From the NCBI GenBank assembly GCA_965207885.1, contig OZ242311.1:4352001-4416000 (forward strand): 64,000 bases of DNA, in the 5' to 3' direction. Both the position numbers and the translations under genes were made by a program. This DNA comes from Candidatus Latescibacterota bacterium (GTDB lineage: Bacteria; Latescibacterota; UBA2968). Numbering within the stretch: the first letter of the stretch is position 1; every line of letters starts with the position of its first letter. Positions 8,523 to 18,502 of the stretch are shown one piece after another. The notes under the pieces are model-generated. The model was not told where the DNA came from, did no database searches, and was given only the letters and a program-made list of their open reading frames with translations.

Positions 8523-9386
8523 TTATAAACTCTTCGCCATTGCAATAGCTTCGTGTTCGGGCAGATAGGGCACATCAGAGCGATCCCAACTGCGTCTGCC
8601 GGCGACACAGTGAATACCCATCAGTTGTCGTTTTTGGGGCGTATCGGCCCAATTGACAATGCTTTGCGGCGGTGGACTCGCGATCCACTTTTTCACAAAA
8701 AAGGGCATATAGCCATAAATAACGATGCGCCGATCCATCGCACTGGTATTGGCACATCCCGTATGCCAGCAGACCACGTTCCACAGCACGGCATCACCGG
8801 CATTGAGAGTCATCTTCCTCATATTGGGCATGGTTTCCAGGGCATCTCCCGAATATTCTTCTTTGGGCGGATAATCCGAATTCGTATGCGTACCAGGTAC
8901 CAATGAAAAGCATCCCATGTCTTCGGTCTGATCGTCGACAAAATAAAAAACTTTAATCTTGAGCGTATATTGCGGGTGCGTCCAGGGCGGCCAGTCTCGG
9001 TGCCAGTTCGTGTGTGCAGCAGTACCCGCATGGTGATTGTGATAGAGCATCTCCATCACCTGATAATCCGGGCCGACGATATTTTCGACATAGGGAATAA
9101 CACTGGGATTATTGGCCAGATCGAGAATGGTCTCATCTGTATCAAAATCCGGGCGAATAGTATGCGCGTGCGGCCCATTGCCATAGCCATTTCGGAACTT
9201 GCCGAGTCGGAGTTCTTCTTCCCGCTCTGCGAGCGTCTCTGACTCGCGGCGGTCAAACGCCTGTCGCACCCGATCCAGACCAATGGGTTCAATGGCATTT
9301 TTAATCACGATATACCCATTTTTATCGTAAAAAGCGCGCTCTTCATCGGTCGGCGCCGAATATTGTATTGCATCAATTGTTGCCAT
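8523..9386 (-). CDS. Phytanoyl-CoA dioxygenase (PhyH) family Fe(II)/2-oxoglutarate oxygenase
   Basis: 'FYDKNGYIVIKN', HxD in 'WHRD', 'LVPGTH', distal His in 'WHTG'; ATG 9386 with AGGAG RBS. Confidence 0.85.
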   Translation of the reverse strand: MATIDAIQYSAPTDEERAFYDKNGYIVIKNAIEPIGLDRVRQAFDRRESETLAEREEELRLGKFRNGYGNGPHAHTIRPDFDTDETILDLANNPSVIPYVENIVGPDYQVMEMLYHNHHAGTAAHTNWHRDWPPWTHPQYTLKIKVFYFVDDQTEDMGCFSLVPGTHTNSDYPPKEEYSGDALETMPNMRKMTLNAGDAVLWNVVCWHTGCANTSAMDRRIVIYGYMPFFVKKWIASPPPQSIVNWADTPQKRQLMGIHCVAGRRSWDRSDVPYLPEHEAIAMAKSL

Positions 9387-9423
9387 AAATTGCTCCTGTG
9401 AAAACTGGGTGAACCTCTTACCT

Positions 9424-10662
9424 CTAACTACCTGTCTCCAGTGGCCGAGGCCCCAAAACCAGCAATGTACCAGGTCTTGGAGGAAAAGTCTCAATATACT
9501 GCGGAATCTGATCGAGGGTAACGGCATCAATACCGGCGGCGATTTCGTCAATCGTGCGCACGCGGCCCTCGAGAAATAAATCTTCAATAATACCTCCAGC
9601 GCGGCCCTCGGGCAAATCGCCAATGGTAAAAAGGCGCCCCTTGAGCACTGTCTTGGCCCGAATGAGTTCTTCGGCAGTGACATCGCGGCGCAATCGCGCA
9701 AGCTCCGATTGGCAGACATCCAGAGTCTCCTGGGCGCGGTCGGCAGTTGTGCCTGCATAAACAGCCATCAGACCGCCGCCGCAGTATGCCTGATAAAAAG
9801 CCGACACACTATAGGCCAGGCCGCGTTTTTCGCGGACCTCTGTAAATAATCGGCTCGATCCTCCGCCGGAAAGAATGGCAATGGCGAGTTGACCCGCGTA
9901 ATAGAGATCGTGGCCTCGTGGAACACCGCAAGAGAGCAGACAAATATGGGCTTGCTCTGATGGCTTTTCGCGATGTACACTGCGATCGGCAACAGAAATG
10001 GGATGAGGCTCTCCGCTGTCTGGTGCTTTACCTGCCCACCCGCCAAAAACATCGCCAACAGTCTCAATCACAGTTTCCGCATCCAGGCCGCCTGCAACCC
10101 CAATGATCAAATGGCCAGGCCTGCAATGTGCATCCCAATGGCGGCGAACGCCTGCAGGTGTAATAGCCGATACTGTATCGGGTTCTCCAAAGGGAATCCT
10201 GCCCATAGGTGAACCAAGCCCTGCCTTATAGGTCATATACATGGCCTGTTGTATGGGGTTGTCCTCCATGCGTTTGAGTTCCTCAAGCGTGATGGTCTTG
10301 GCGATCTCGACCTGATCACTGGGAAAAGATGCACTGCGAAAAAGTTCGGCATAAAGTTCGAGTGCGGATTTGAATTTATCGGGCAGGATTTGCGCGAAAA
10401 AAGAGGTGTATTCGACGGAAGTCGAAGAACTGCGCCTTATCCCCAGACCGTCAAAAGCGTCAAATATAGCGCGTGCATCGTGCCTGGGCGTACCCTTAAA
10501 AAGAACATCTTCTGCAATGCGCGTAATGCCCAATCTGTCGTTGGGATCGTCTTTCGCACCAAAAGTAAAACGGAACGCAACAACAACCGATTGCGCACCG
10601 GGCATGGGTTCGACAACCACGCGAATGCCGTTGTCGAGAGTATAAATTTTTGGCTCGGACAT
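9424..10662 (-). CDS. M16B peptidase-like protein, non-catalytic subunit
   Basis: 'TLDNG', 'SSRLFTEVREKRGLAYSV'; HxxEH replaced by RIAED; start ATG 10662. Confidence 0.85.
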   Translation of the reverse strand: MSEPKIYTLDNGIRVVVEPMPGAQSVVVAFRFTFGAKDDPNDRLGITRIAEDVLFKGTPRHDARAIFDAFDGLGIRRSSSTSVEYTSFFAQILPDKFKSALELYAELFRSASFPSDQVEIAKTITLEELKRMEDNPIQQAMYMTYKAGLGSPMGRIPFGEPDTVSAITPAGVRRHWDAHCRPGHLIIGVAGGLDAETVIETVGDVFGGWAGKAPDSGEPHPISVADRSVHREKPSEQAHICLLSCGVPRGHDLYYAGQLAIAILSGGGSSRLFTEVREKRGLAYSVSAFYQAYCGGGLMAVYAGTTADRAQETLDVCQSELARLRRDVTAEELIRAKTVLKGRLFTIGDLPEGRAGGIIEDLFLEGRVRTIDEIAAGIDAVTLDQIPQYIETFPPRPGTLLVLGPRPLETGS

Positions 10663-10824
10663 TGGGGTCCTCACATATAGTGTAGGGGCAGTGCTTCTGT
10701 AACCGCCCGAAGAATGCAGGGGCGATAACTCACCGCTCGCCCAATTGGTTTTTCTCATGTAATAACATGAATATATATTGTCAATAGATATTGTGACACT
10801 TATCTCTTTCAGGAGGTCATCATC

Positions 10825-11799
10825 ATGAACGTCAAAGTCGAAAATTTGCGTGCGTTGTGCCAGTCTATCCTGACCGATCGCGGACTCGACGCAACTGACG
10901 CGCATATTGTGACAGATATTTTGATCGAAGCCGAATTGCGCGGACGCCCAACACATGGGATGATCCGCCTGCCCGGCATTGCCGAACGCGTATCTCAAAG
11001 TACTCAATCCCCCATGATCGTGGAAAAAGACGCACCGGCTTATTCCCTCATCGATGGACGGGATAATCTGGGCTATCTGGTAGCACATCGGTGTGCGCAT
11101 GCCGCGATAGACAAAGCCGAACAAAGTGGCGTAGGCGTTGTGGGTGCGCGCGATACCAGCCACAGTGGCATGCTGGGCTATTACGCCTCAATGGTCGCCG
11201 ACGCAGAACAGGTCGGACTGGTTATGTGCAACACAGGCCCGCGCATTGTCCCCTGGGGCGGGCAACACCCCATACTTGGAACAAATCCCATCGCAGCGGG
11301 ATTCCCCGCAGCAGAAGGCCAGGTACTGGTCGATTTTTCGTGCGCGGCAATTACCAATGGCGAAATATTGGTGGCACTCAAAGACGGCAAAGAGATTCCC
11401 GCAGGGCGCGCACTGGGACCAGATGGCAAGCCGACAACCGACCCCGAGCAAGCGCGCGCGGGTGGGGCATTGCCCTTTGGCGAACACAAAGGATACGCTT
11501 TAAGTGTAATGATTCAAATCTTTTCCGGCATCTTGCTCAATGCTGCACCCGTACCTGAAATGGGAAAAAATTACGGGATTTTCATGCTGGCCATTGATCC
11601 CTCAATTTTTTTGGGAATGGACATTTTTCAATCGGGCGTTAGCGAAGTCATCCACGCCATTAAAAATTCAATGTCCGCAGATGGCGTAACCGAAATTTTG
11701 ATCCCGGGTGAGCGCGCCTTTAAAGAACGCGCGATGCGGATACAGTCGGGTGTGGATATCGACAATGAATTAATGGAAGAACTCCAGCAATTAGCGTAG
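10825..11799 (+). CDS. Ldh_2 family (malate/L-lactate/ureidoglycolate-type) oxidoreductase
   Basis: 'AELRGRPTHG', 'SHSGMLGYY', 'LGTNPIA', 'HKGYAL', 'IPGER'; AGGAGG RBS. Confidence 0.88.
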   Translation: MNVKVENLRALCQSILTDRGLDATDAHIVTDILIEAELRGRPTHGMIRLPGIAERVSQSTQSPMIVEKDAPAYSLIDGRDNLGYLVAHRCAHAAIDKAEQSGVGVVGARDTSHSGMLGYYASMVADAEQVGLVMCNTGPRIVPWGGQHPILGTNPIAAGFPAAEGQVLVDFSCAAITNGEILVALKDGKEIPAGRALGPDGKPTTDPEQARAGGALPFGEHKGYALSVMIQIFSGILLNAAPVPEMGKNYGIFMLAIDPSIFLGMDIFQSGVSEVIHAIKNSMSADGVTEILIPGERAFKERAMRIQSGVDIDNELMEELQQLA

Positions 11800-11816
11800 A
11801 GAGCACCTCTTTACCC

Positions 11817-11845
11817 TTGACAGCCCGATTGGGGTTGGCTACCTT
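11817..11845 (+). promoter_or_regulatory. sigma70 promoter of the lysine-riboswitch leader
   Basis: TTGACA-17 nt-TACCTT, placing the transcription start at the aptamer 5' end. Confidence 0.6.
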
Positions 11846-11853
11846 TCCGTTCC

Positions 11854-12042
11854 GCAAGGGTAGAGGCGCGAGCGATCATCAGTATGCGGCGCAGGAGGCG
11901 AAACGGAGTACTGCTCCACTGTGCCGACAAAAAGGGATCGTTCGCCGAAGTCCTGGCCTGTTTCGCCACAGGGCAGGGCTGGTTCAGTGGATAATATCTG
12001 CTGAACTGTCACGGGAAAAGTTTCCGTGGAGAGCTCTCTTGT
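11854..12042 (+). ncRNA. Lysine riboswitch (L-box) aptamer
   Basis: Conserved elements in order: AGAGGCGCG, AGTA, AAAGGG, GCCGAA, CTGG..AATA..ACTGTC, GGAGAGCT; P1 CAAGGG/CTCTTG; directly upstream of dapA. Confidence 0.93.
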
Positions 12043-12065
12043 TCGCGAGATTTTCTGCTGCGTTT

Positions 12066-12104
12066 AGCGTCTGGCGATACCCTTGAGAAGCCGGCGCTTT
12101 TTTT
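12066..12104 (+). terminator. Riboswitch expression-platform terminator
   Basis: AGCGTCTGGC...GCCGGCGCT stem followed by a T-tract, between aptamer and dapA RBS. Confidence 0.7.
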
Positions 12105-12133
12105 ATCGCAAAGTGCAGAAACTGGAGGTTTTT

Positions 12134-13162
12134 ATGTTGAAAGGATGTCATACGGCCTTAATCACGCCCCTGACTGCCAACCATGCCCTGGACCAGGATG
12201 GTCTGGAAAAACTGGTAGCATTTCAGATTTCTGAAGGAATTGATGGCCTTTTGGCCTGCGGCACGACGGCTGAGAGTCCAACCCTGAGCAGTGATGAACA
12301 AAGCTTGATTACACGCGTAGTGTGCAGCCAGGCCCGAGAGCAATGCCGTGCCATTGGGGGAGCCGGCAGCAACTCTACGGCAAAAACCTTAAAAGCGGCT
12401 GAATACGCCGCGCAAGTAGGCGCAGACTCCATCCTGCTCGTCGATCCCTATTACAACGGACCAAGTTCTTTGGAAATTCGCAAAGAATACGTCGAACCCG
12501 TAGCCCGTGCATTTCCCGAACTGGACATGATTCCCTATGTCATACCCGGTCGATCCGGCACGAAATTGCTCCCAGAAGACCTCGGCATCTTGTATTCCGA
12601 ATACAAAAATGTGAACACCGTGAAAGAGGCCACAGGCGACCTGGACAACATGGCGCGCACCCGCGAATGTTGTGGTAATGCGTTTTCGATCATGTCGGGG
12701 GACGACGACAAAACATTTGATATGATGACCAGCGACCAGATTGACGCCGCGGGTGTAATCAGTGTGATTTCCAATGTGGCACCCGGTCCCGTGACAAAAA
12801 TGGTACACGCCCTCCAAAGCGGAAATATGAACGAAGCAGATCGCCTGCACGCCGCACTAAAACCCTTATTTGGGATGGTCGGCGTTGTATCCGAAGAACA
12901 AACACCTTATGGCGTGACAGAAGTCAAGGCGCGCAATCCATTGCCGGTAAAAACCCTGATGAATATTTTGGACATGCCAGCCGGACCGTGCCGCCAGCCA
13001 TTGGGAAAAATGAACCGCGCTGGACTGGATATCGTACTGGGCATTGCACGCGAAGTACAGGCCAATAACCCGGAGGTATTCGCGCCCGTAGCGTCATTTT
13101 TTGGTACAGACATAGCGCAACGCCTGAACGATGATTCAGTACTGGAAGGACTGGTGTATTGA
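12134..13162 (+). CDS. dapA: 4-hydroxy-tetrahydrodipicolinate synthase
   Basis: 'TALITP', 'GTTAESPTL', 'PYYN', 'VKEA' (Schiff-base Lys), 'SGDD', 'NPLPVK'; GGAGG RBS. Confidence 0.92.
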   Translation: MLKGCHTALITPLTANHALDQDGLEKLVAFQISEGIDGLLACGTTAESPTLSSDEQSLITRVVCSQAREQCRAIGGAGSNSTAKTLKAAEYAAQVGADSILLVDPYYNGPSSLEIRKEYVEPVARAFPELDMIPYVIPGRSGTKLLPEDLGILYSEYKNVNTVKEATGDLDNMARTRECCGNAFSIMSGDDDKTFDMMTSDQIDAAGVISVISNVAPGPVTKMVHALQSGNMNEADRLHAALKPLFGMVGVVSEEQTPYGVTEVKARNPLPVKTLMNILDMPAGPCRQPLGKMNRAGLDIVLGIAREVQANNPEVFAPVASFFGTDIAQRLNDDSVLEGLVY

Positions 13163-13183
13163 TAGCTTTTTTTGGGAGCAATT

Positions 13184-14005
13184 ATGATTAAGGTGGGTAT
13201 TTGTGGTATTGCCGGGCGGATGGGACAGCGAATTTCTCATCTGACCCTCGAAGCCGAAGGACTGGATTTGGTCGGTGGAGTCGAGTTTCCAGGTCATCCC
13301 GTAATTGGAAAAGACATTGGCGAAGTCATAGGCGTTCCTCCCAAAGGTATATCAGTAGTAGATACGGTCGAAGCAATGACGGACAATGTCGATGTAATCA
13401 CGGCATTCACTGCGCCCCCCGACCCGACAGTTGCCGCGGCAGAAATAGCTGGACGCGCTGGCGTGCCGATGGTCATTGGCACAACGGGATTGTCGTCCGA
13501 TCAGGTAGAGACCATGACACAGGCCTTGAAAGACGTGGCCTGTGTATTCGCGCCCAATTTCAGCGTAGGTGTAACAGTATTAGTCCAACTCGTCGAAGAA
13601 GCCGCGCGTATTCTGGGCGGCGATTACGATGCAGAAATCGTCGAAGCGCACCATCGATTTAAAACCGATGCGCCATCGGGAACGGCTTACGCACTGGCCG
13701 AAGCCGCAGCAAGGGGATTGGATCGCAACTTGCAAGAGGTGGGCGTATATGGTCGCTACGGCGATACGGGCGTGCGGACACGCGAAGAAATCGGCGTACA
13801 CGCCATTCGTGCCGGCGATATCGTCGGAGAACACACGGTCATGTTCGGAGGCATTGGAGAAACCATCGAACTCGCCCATCGCGCACAAAGTCGCGACACA
13901 TTCGCCTCTGGTGTGATTCGGGCTATCCCCTTTGCCGTTGGAGCCGCCCCGGGTATGTATGACATGCGCGATGTACTGGGGTTGAGGCAAAAAAGTAAGA
14001 CGTAA
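13184..14005 (+). CDS. dapB: 4-hydroxy-tetrahydrodipicolinate reductase
   Basis: 'GIAGRMG', 'IGTTG', 'APNFS', 'EAHHRFKTDAPSGTA', 'RAGDIVGEH'. Confidence 0.95.
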   Translation: MIKVGICGIAGRMGQRISHLTLEAEGLDLVGGVEFPGHPVIGKDIGEVIGVPPKGISVVDTVEAMTDNVDVITAFTAPPDPTVAAAEIAGRAGVPMVIGTTGLSSDQVETMTQALKDVACVFAPNFSVGVTVLVQLVEEAARILGGDYDAEIVEAHHRFKTDAPSGTAYALAEAAARGLDRNLQEVGVYGRYGDTGVRTREEIGVHAIRAGDIVGEHTVMFGGIGETIELAHRAQSRDTFASGVIRAIPFAVGAAPGMYDMRDVLGLRQKSKT

Positions 14006-14027
14006 AACGTAAAAGAGGAGGAAATTC

Positions 14028-15935
14028 ATGAGTGTTGATGTGCATGCGGCATTTGATGCCGGACAAACCCTTGCTGTGGCAGATCGGATTTTGATCTCAC
14101 CACAGGCGGGTTCTTTGCAGAGCCGCGTAGATGAACTTTTAGACGCAATAAAAAATAGCGGAACCTCTGGCGACTTAATTTGCAAGACATTGATTCAGTT
14201 GGGCATGAATTTTGTCGGACGCGATGCCGAGATCGTAGGATATGGCGCTGAAGAAATAGACGCTGCACTCGACAGTGTGTTAGACGCGCTCGATAAACTG
14301 GAAGGCGATCACGCGACTGGTGTTGTGAATGGCTTTTTGGCCGACATGAAATCCGTGAACCTTGCCGATAGTCTTTCGGGATTATTGGCCGAGCGGATTG
14401 AGTCAAATCTGGACGCAGGCAATCCCGCGCGGTCATTTTTGGAATTGCTCAAGACCAATATGCGCGGCGGGGTGTATTGGCAAATGATCGGTGAAAATGT
14501 CTGTAAATTTGGCAATGACTTTGCGCGTGGTCTGGAATACTTGCGTCACTACGGCTTTTGCCAGGTCTCCACAAATCCAGTATTGGCTGCCAAAGCATTT
14601 GACGAAGACCCCTCGCTGGATGATGAACTCAAAGCCGAGATCGCCAGGCACGACGAGTGGAAAGCCGATCCCGAAAAATATGCCGATGACATTGTAATGG
14701 CTGCCACACTGATCGCGCTGTGGCCCAATCTTTCAATCTTTCGGCCTCTGGCGATGTACACGGGACTGAAAGACTACATGGTGAGTTTTCAACTCAATCC
14801 CAATATCGCAGATCAGGCCGATGCCAGCATTGAAGATGCGCGCAACGCATATCGCATTGCCGATGACTATTTGAAAGGATATGACAAATTATTGGGCGTC
14901 AGCGATATAACCCTGGATCCCAATATCGTATTCAAGGTCGGCGGCGGACACGAAGCAGCGCGAAAAATCACGACCGTGCTCAACAGCGCAGGCATTGGTA
15001 CAAATAACACGGTCGTTTACACCGTTGCCCAGGAAGTACAACTCGTCATCGATGCCTTTGAAGGCAAAGCCAGAGCGGCACAGGCGGGTAAGCAAGTAGT
15101 GAGAACTTATGAAACGAATATGGGTGGACGGTTTGTAAGCCATTTGCGCGAGGTAGAAGCCGAAAAACTATTCGGCGCATTATCAGAAGATCGCGCCGGT
15201 GAATTGCTCGCCGAACTCGCTTCTGATCTGGAAGTCGATATACCCGAAGGGACACTGGCCGAACAAGTCGCTGAAATATGTTCTTATGCCCACTTGAAGT
15301 CTCTGGATCATCCAGTGGTATTAAAAGTTGCCGAAGCGGCCGGTCAGTCTTCAGAAGCAATTGTGCAACTCGAAGCCGATCTAAAAAAAGCGGGGACGGT
15401 CATTGCACGACGCGTACATTGGATTTTCTATGCGCCTGAAAATCGGCCCAAATGGGTTGCCTACCTATCCGACACCTACGGTTTGTCAGAAGATCAGGCA
15501 CAGTGGATTTTGGCGTCAATGGATGTGCTGCCCGCGTCCAAGCGCGTCCCCGATGACACGCTTCACGCACTGGGCGAAAACATGTGCCATACAGAATTTC
15601 CCAACCATCAACGCGCCGTTCAACTCATATCAGAAGAACCCGACTTTGACCTGGACGAACTCAGGGGATCAATCGGCCATGAATACGAACCCGGCGTAGC
15701 ACAGCGACTTTACGAATTGCCCGATTTTCAGAAGGGCTATGATCTGACGCCTGCGCTAAAGGATTTTCTCGAGAATGACGTCCAAATTGATCTGAGTGGC
15801 TGGCAAACGCGGGGCATGGAACCCGGCGACTGGCCTGAATTTGGATCGGTTCAAAAAACCACCACCGAGTTTAAGGCCGCGTATGACGCATTTTTGGTGC
15901 GATGCGTTGAACTGGCCAAAGAAGTTGCTGGATAA
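14028..15935 (+). CDS. Large (635 aa) transaldolase-family protein
   Basis: 'VSTNPVL', 'VSFQLNP', 'NIVFKV' (candidate catalytic Lys), 'GIGTNNTVVYTVAQ', 'GRF', 'VLPASKR'; GAGGAGG RBS. Confidence 0.72.
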   Translation: MSVDVHAAFDAGQTLAVADRILISPQAGSLQSRVDELLDAIKNSGTSGDLICKTLIQLGMNFVGRDAEIVGYGAEEIDAALDSVLDALDKLEGDHATGVVNGFLADMKSVNLADSLSGLLAERIESNLDAGNPARSFLELLKTNMRGGVYWQMIGENVCKFGNDFARGLEYLRHYGFCQVSTNPVLAAKAFDEDPSLDDELKAEIARHDEWKADPEKYADDIVMAATLIALWPNLSIFRPLAMYTGLKDYMVSFQLNPNIADQADASIEDARNAYRIADDYLKGYDKLLGVSDITLDPNIVFKVGGGHEAARKITTVLNSAGIGTNNTVVYTVAQEVQLVIDAFEGKARAAQAGKQVVRTYETNMGGRFVSHLREVEAEKLFGALSEDRAGELLAELASDLEVDIPEGTLAEQVAEICSYAHLKSLDHPVVLKVAEAAGQSSEAIVQLEADLKKAGTVIARRVHWIFYAPENRPKWVAYLSDTYGLSEDQAQWILASMDVLPASKRVPDDTLHALGENMCHTEFPNHQRAVQLISEEPDFDLDELRGSIGHEYEPGVAQRLYELPDFQKGYDLTPALKDFLENDVQIDLSGWQTRGMEPGDWPEFGSVQKTTTEFKAAYDAFLVRCVELAKEVAG

Positions 15936-15956
15936 GCGGTTCACAATGCAGATATC

Positions 15957-15995
15957 AGCGGGGATGAGGCTGTTACATCACTCATCCCCGCTTTT
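15957..15995 (+). terminator. Intrinsic terminator overlapping the 3' end of the convergent gene
   Basis: Perfect 12-bp stem AGCGGGGATGAG / CTCATCCCCGCT followed by TTT. Confidence 0.7.
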
Positions 15996-16547
15996 CATCT
16001 GCGCGTTTAAAATAGCACTTATTCCCTCCCGATTCTCGATGCGTACAAAAAACGATTCTTCGTGTCCCTCTGCCGAAAGCACCATCACATCCCGCATATT
16101 TTCACCACTCTCATCCCTCTGTTGCTCCAATCGCCACATCATCACATATTCTGTTCCCGGAGCGCGTTGCCAGGGTACCAGAGGATCGACATCAACCAGT
16201 TTTCGAGGTTCTGCCCCACTAAAGTCCGCACCTGTAGCAGTATGCACGGTAAACTTGATCTGTCCATTGCGCATATCGTAAGCCACCTGCCCTTTTTCCG
16301 AAAAATTCCGTTGGATGTGAGGCTCTATCACCGCCAGTGAATACGTACTGTCGCTGAGCACGAGAATTGTAATTTCTCGTTCCAGATCATCTTCCCCACG
16401 CACCCCAGTCTCGCTCCCGGCATACATAAACCAGGCGCCCATTGGCGTGTCCAATTTTTGTCGCGTCACAGTCTGATCTTTCTCTTTTTCTTCTCCAGCA
16501 CATCCCGCGATCAGACAAAATAATACCATACCCAATACCTGTTTCAT
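15978..16547 (-). CDS. Hypothetical lipoprotein
   Basis: MKQ + hydrophobic stretch + lipobox LIAGC; GGAGG RBS. Confidence 0.7.
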   Translation of the reverse strand: MKQVLGMVLFCLIAGCAGEEKEKDQTVTRQKLDTPMGAWFMYAGSETGVRGEDDLEREITILVLSDSTYSLAVIEPHIQRNFSEKGQVAYDMRNGQIKFTVHTATGADFSGAEPRKLVDVDPLVPWQRAPGTEYVMMWRLEQQRDESGENMRDVMVLSAEGHEESFFVRIENREGISAILNAQMKSGDE

Positions 16548-16562
16548 GAACCCTCCATATAT

Positions 16563-16593
16563 AAAAGCGGCCCAAACAAAAATTTGGACCGCT
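16563..16593 (-). terminator. Intrinsic terminator after dnaJ
   Basis: Minus strand AGCGGTCCAAA-N6-TTTGGGCCGCT followed by TTT. Confidence 0.65.
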
Positions 16594-16617
16594 CACCTGT
16601 TTTTCGTGTGATGTACA

Positions 16618-17772
16618 CTATCCTCCAAATGCTTCTTTAAAGCGCTCAAAAAAACCTTTCCCACCTTCTGGGGGCTGTATGTTTTCCAATTTTGCCAACT
16701 TGGCAAACAACTCCTCTTCTTCCCTGCTCAATTTGGCGGGCGTCCAGACTGCCACGCGCACGAGTTGATCGCCCGTGCGATATCCATCCAATTCGGGAAT
16801 ACCCTTGCCGCGCAATCTAAAAATCCGCCCCGACTGTGTTCCCGCAGGAATTTTCATACTCACGCGACCAGTCAGCGTTGGCACTTCTATATCTGCTCCC
16901 AGAGCTGCCTGACTAAAACTAATGGGCAAGTCATACACAATATCGTTGCCGTGTCTTTCAAAATGGTCGTGTTCTTCTTCTTCAACAAAAACCATACAAT
17001 CGCCCGCTGGTCCGCCATTTGGCCCGGCATTGCCCTGCCCTCGCAGGGGAATATAATTGCCCTCGGAAATGCCAGCGGGGATATTGACTGAAAGATCTTT
17101 CTGCTTCTTCACTCGCCCCTGCCCCTGACAACTGTCACATCGCTCGCGCACCACGTTGCCATTGCCATTGCACTGCGGGCAAGTTGTGACATTGACAAAC
17201 TGTCCAAACAGGGAGCGCGTAGCCTGCCGAATCTGCCCTACACCACCACACATATCGCATGTTACGGGGGAACTTCCCGGCTTTGCACCAGCACCTCCGC
17301 ACGTATCACAGGTCTCCAGCCGCGACAGCCGAATGGTTTTTTGAGCACCCTCGGCAATCTCCTCTAACGTCAGACTGATCGAAATCCTCAAATCTTCGCC
17401 GCGATTTGACCGCCGTGGGCTGCGCCGACCAAACAAATCGCCAAAGATACCACCGCCGAATATCTCATCCAGATTGGAAAAAATATCTTGAAAATCACCA
17501 GCGTGCGAAAAGTCCGACCACTGAAAGCCACCGCCCCGAAAGGTACTGCTGACGCCCTCGTGTCCAAACCGGTCATACGCCTGCCGCTTTTGGGTATCCA
17601 TCAACACTTCATAAGCCTCGGCACCTTCTTTGAACATTTCCTCAGCCTGTGGATTGTCCTTATTGCGATCCGGGTGATATTTCAGCGCATGCTTGCGATA
17701 AGCTTTCTTAATATCATCTTCGGAAGCATTGCGATCCACACCCAATATCTCGTAATAATCTCTTTTGGCCAT
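16618..17772 (-). CDS. dnaJ: Molecular chaperone DnaJ
   Basis: J-domain with HPD, G/F region, four CxxCxGxG repeats. Confidence 0.97.
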   Translation of the reverse strand: MAKRDYYEILGVDRNASEDDIKKAYRKHALKYHPDRNKDNPQAEEMFKEGAEAYEVLMDTQKRQAYDRFGHEGVSSTFRGGGFQWSDFSHAGDFQDIFSNLDEIFGGGIFGDLFGRRSPRRSNRGEDLRISISLTLEEIAEGAQKTIRLSRLETCDTCGGAGAKPGSSPVTCDMCGGVGQIRQATRSLFGQFVNVTTCPQCNGNGNVVRERCDSCQGQGRVKKQKDLSVNIPAGISEGNYIPLRGQGNAGPNGGPAGDCMVFVEEEEHDHFERHGNDIVYDLPISFSQAALGADIEVPTLTGRVSMKIPAGTQSGRIFRLRGKGIPELDGYRTGDQLVRVAVWTPAKLSREEEELFAKLAKLENIQPPEGGKGFFERFKEAFGG

Positions 17773-17821
17773 TAACCTTTCCCATCAACATGCAAAAAGA
17801 GCCGCACAATTGCGACCCTGT

Positions 17822-18484
17822 TCATAGTTTGTCTGCATCCGCGTCCTCTTCCTGAACTTCCGGTGCGGGTTTGCCCTGACTTACCACCACCTTGGCTGGC
17901 CGCAACACCTTATCGCCCAGGCTATATCCTTTTTCAATCTCATCTGAGACAATACCGGCACCGTGGACTTCAGATGGCATTTGCATCAATGCCTCATGCA
18001 CATTCGGATCAAATGGTTTACCAACCGTCTCAATTTCTTTCAGATTGCGATTGTAGAGCACGCGCGGAAATTGCTCCATAATCATTTTTATGCCCTCTTG
18101 AAATCCCTCTGACTCTGTATCCCCATTTTCGCTGTGTGCCAACGCGCGACCAACCCCATCTAAAATGGGCAATAAATCGCGAATCACATCTTCGCTGGCA
18201 GATTGCACAAGGATCTCAAATTCTCGCGCCCTGCGTTTTTTGTAATTCTCAAACTCAGCGGCAAGGCGCATCCACCGATCTTTATACATTTCGGCTTCTT
18301 CGCGGGCCAAAAATAACGGAGTAGCCTCTATCTTCTCCTTCGGCTCCTCCGATTGATCGGCCTCACCATTAATCTCATCTTTCACCACCTCTGCCTCCGC
18401 ATCCTCCACTACCTCTGCATCTACATCTTCCACGACTTTTTCTTCCAACGGTGTTTCTTCTTTTTTTTCATTCTTCTGCGCCAT
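17822..18484 (-). CDS. grpE: Nucleotide exchange factor GrpE
   Basis: 'RLAAEFENYKKR', 'FDPNVHEA', 'KGYSLGDKVLRPAKVVVS'; acidic N-terminus with short 8-aa repeats. Confidence 0.96.
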   Translation of the reverse strand: MAQKNEKKEETPLEEKVVEDVDAEVVEDAEAEVVKDEINGEADQSEEPKEKIEATPLFLAREEAEMYKDRWMRLAAEFENYKKRRAREFEILVQSASEDVIRDLLPILDGVGRALAHSENGDTESEGFQEGIKMIMEQFPRVLYNRNLKEIETVGKPFDPNVHEALMQMPSEVHGAGIVSDEIEKGYSLGDKVLRPAKVVVSQGKPAPEVQEEDADADKL

Positions 18485-18502
18485 AAGTTCTCAACAACTC
18501 CT

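Noticed and set aside
9387-11163. Long N-terminal extensions of the PhyH and M16 ORFs in the ORF track
   Set aside because: They overlap neighbouring genes; downstream ATGs at 9386 and 10662 match the family N-termini
11817-12086. 89-aa ORF upstream of dapA
   Set aside because: Coincides with the promoter and lysine riboswitch; no RBS or protein features
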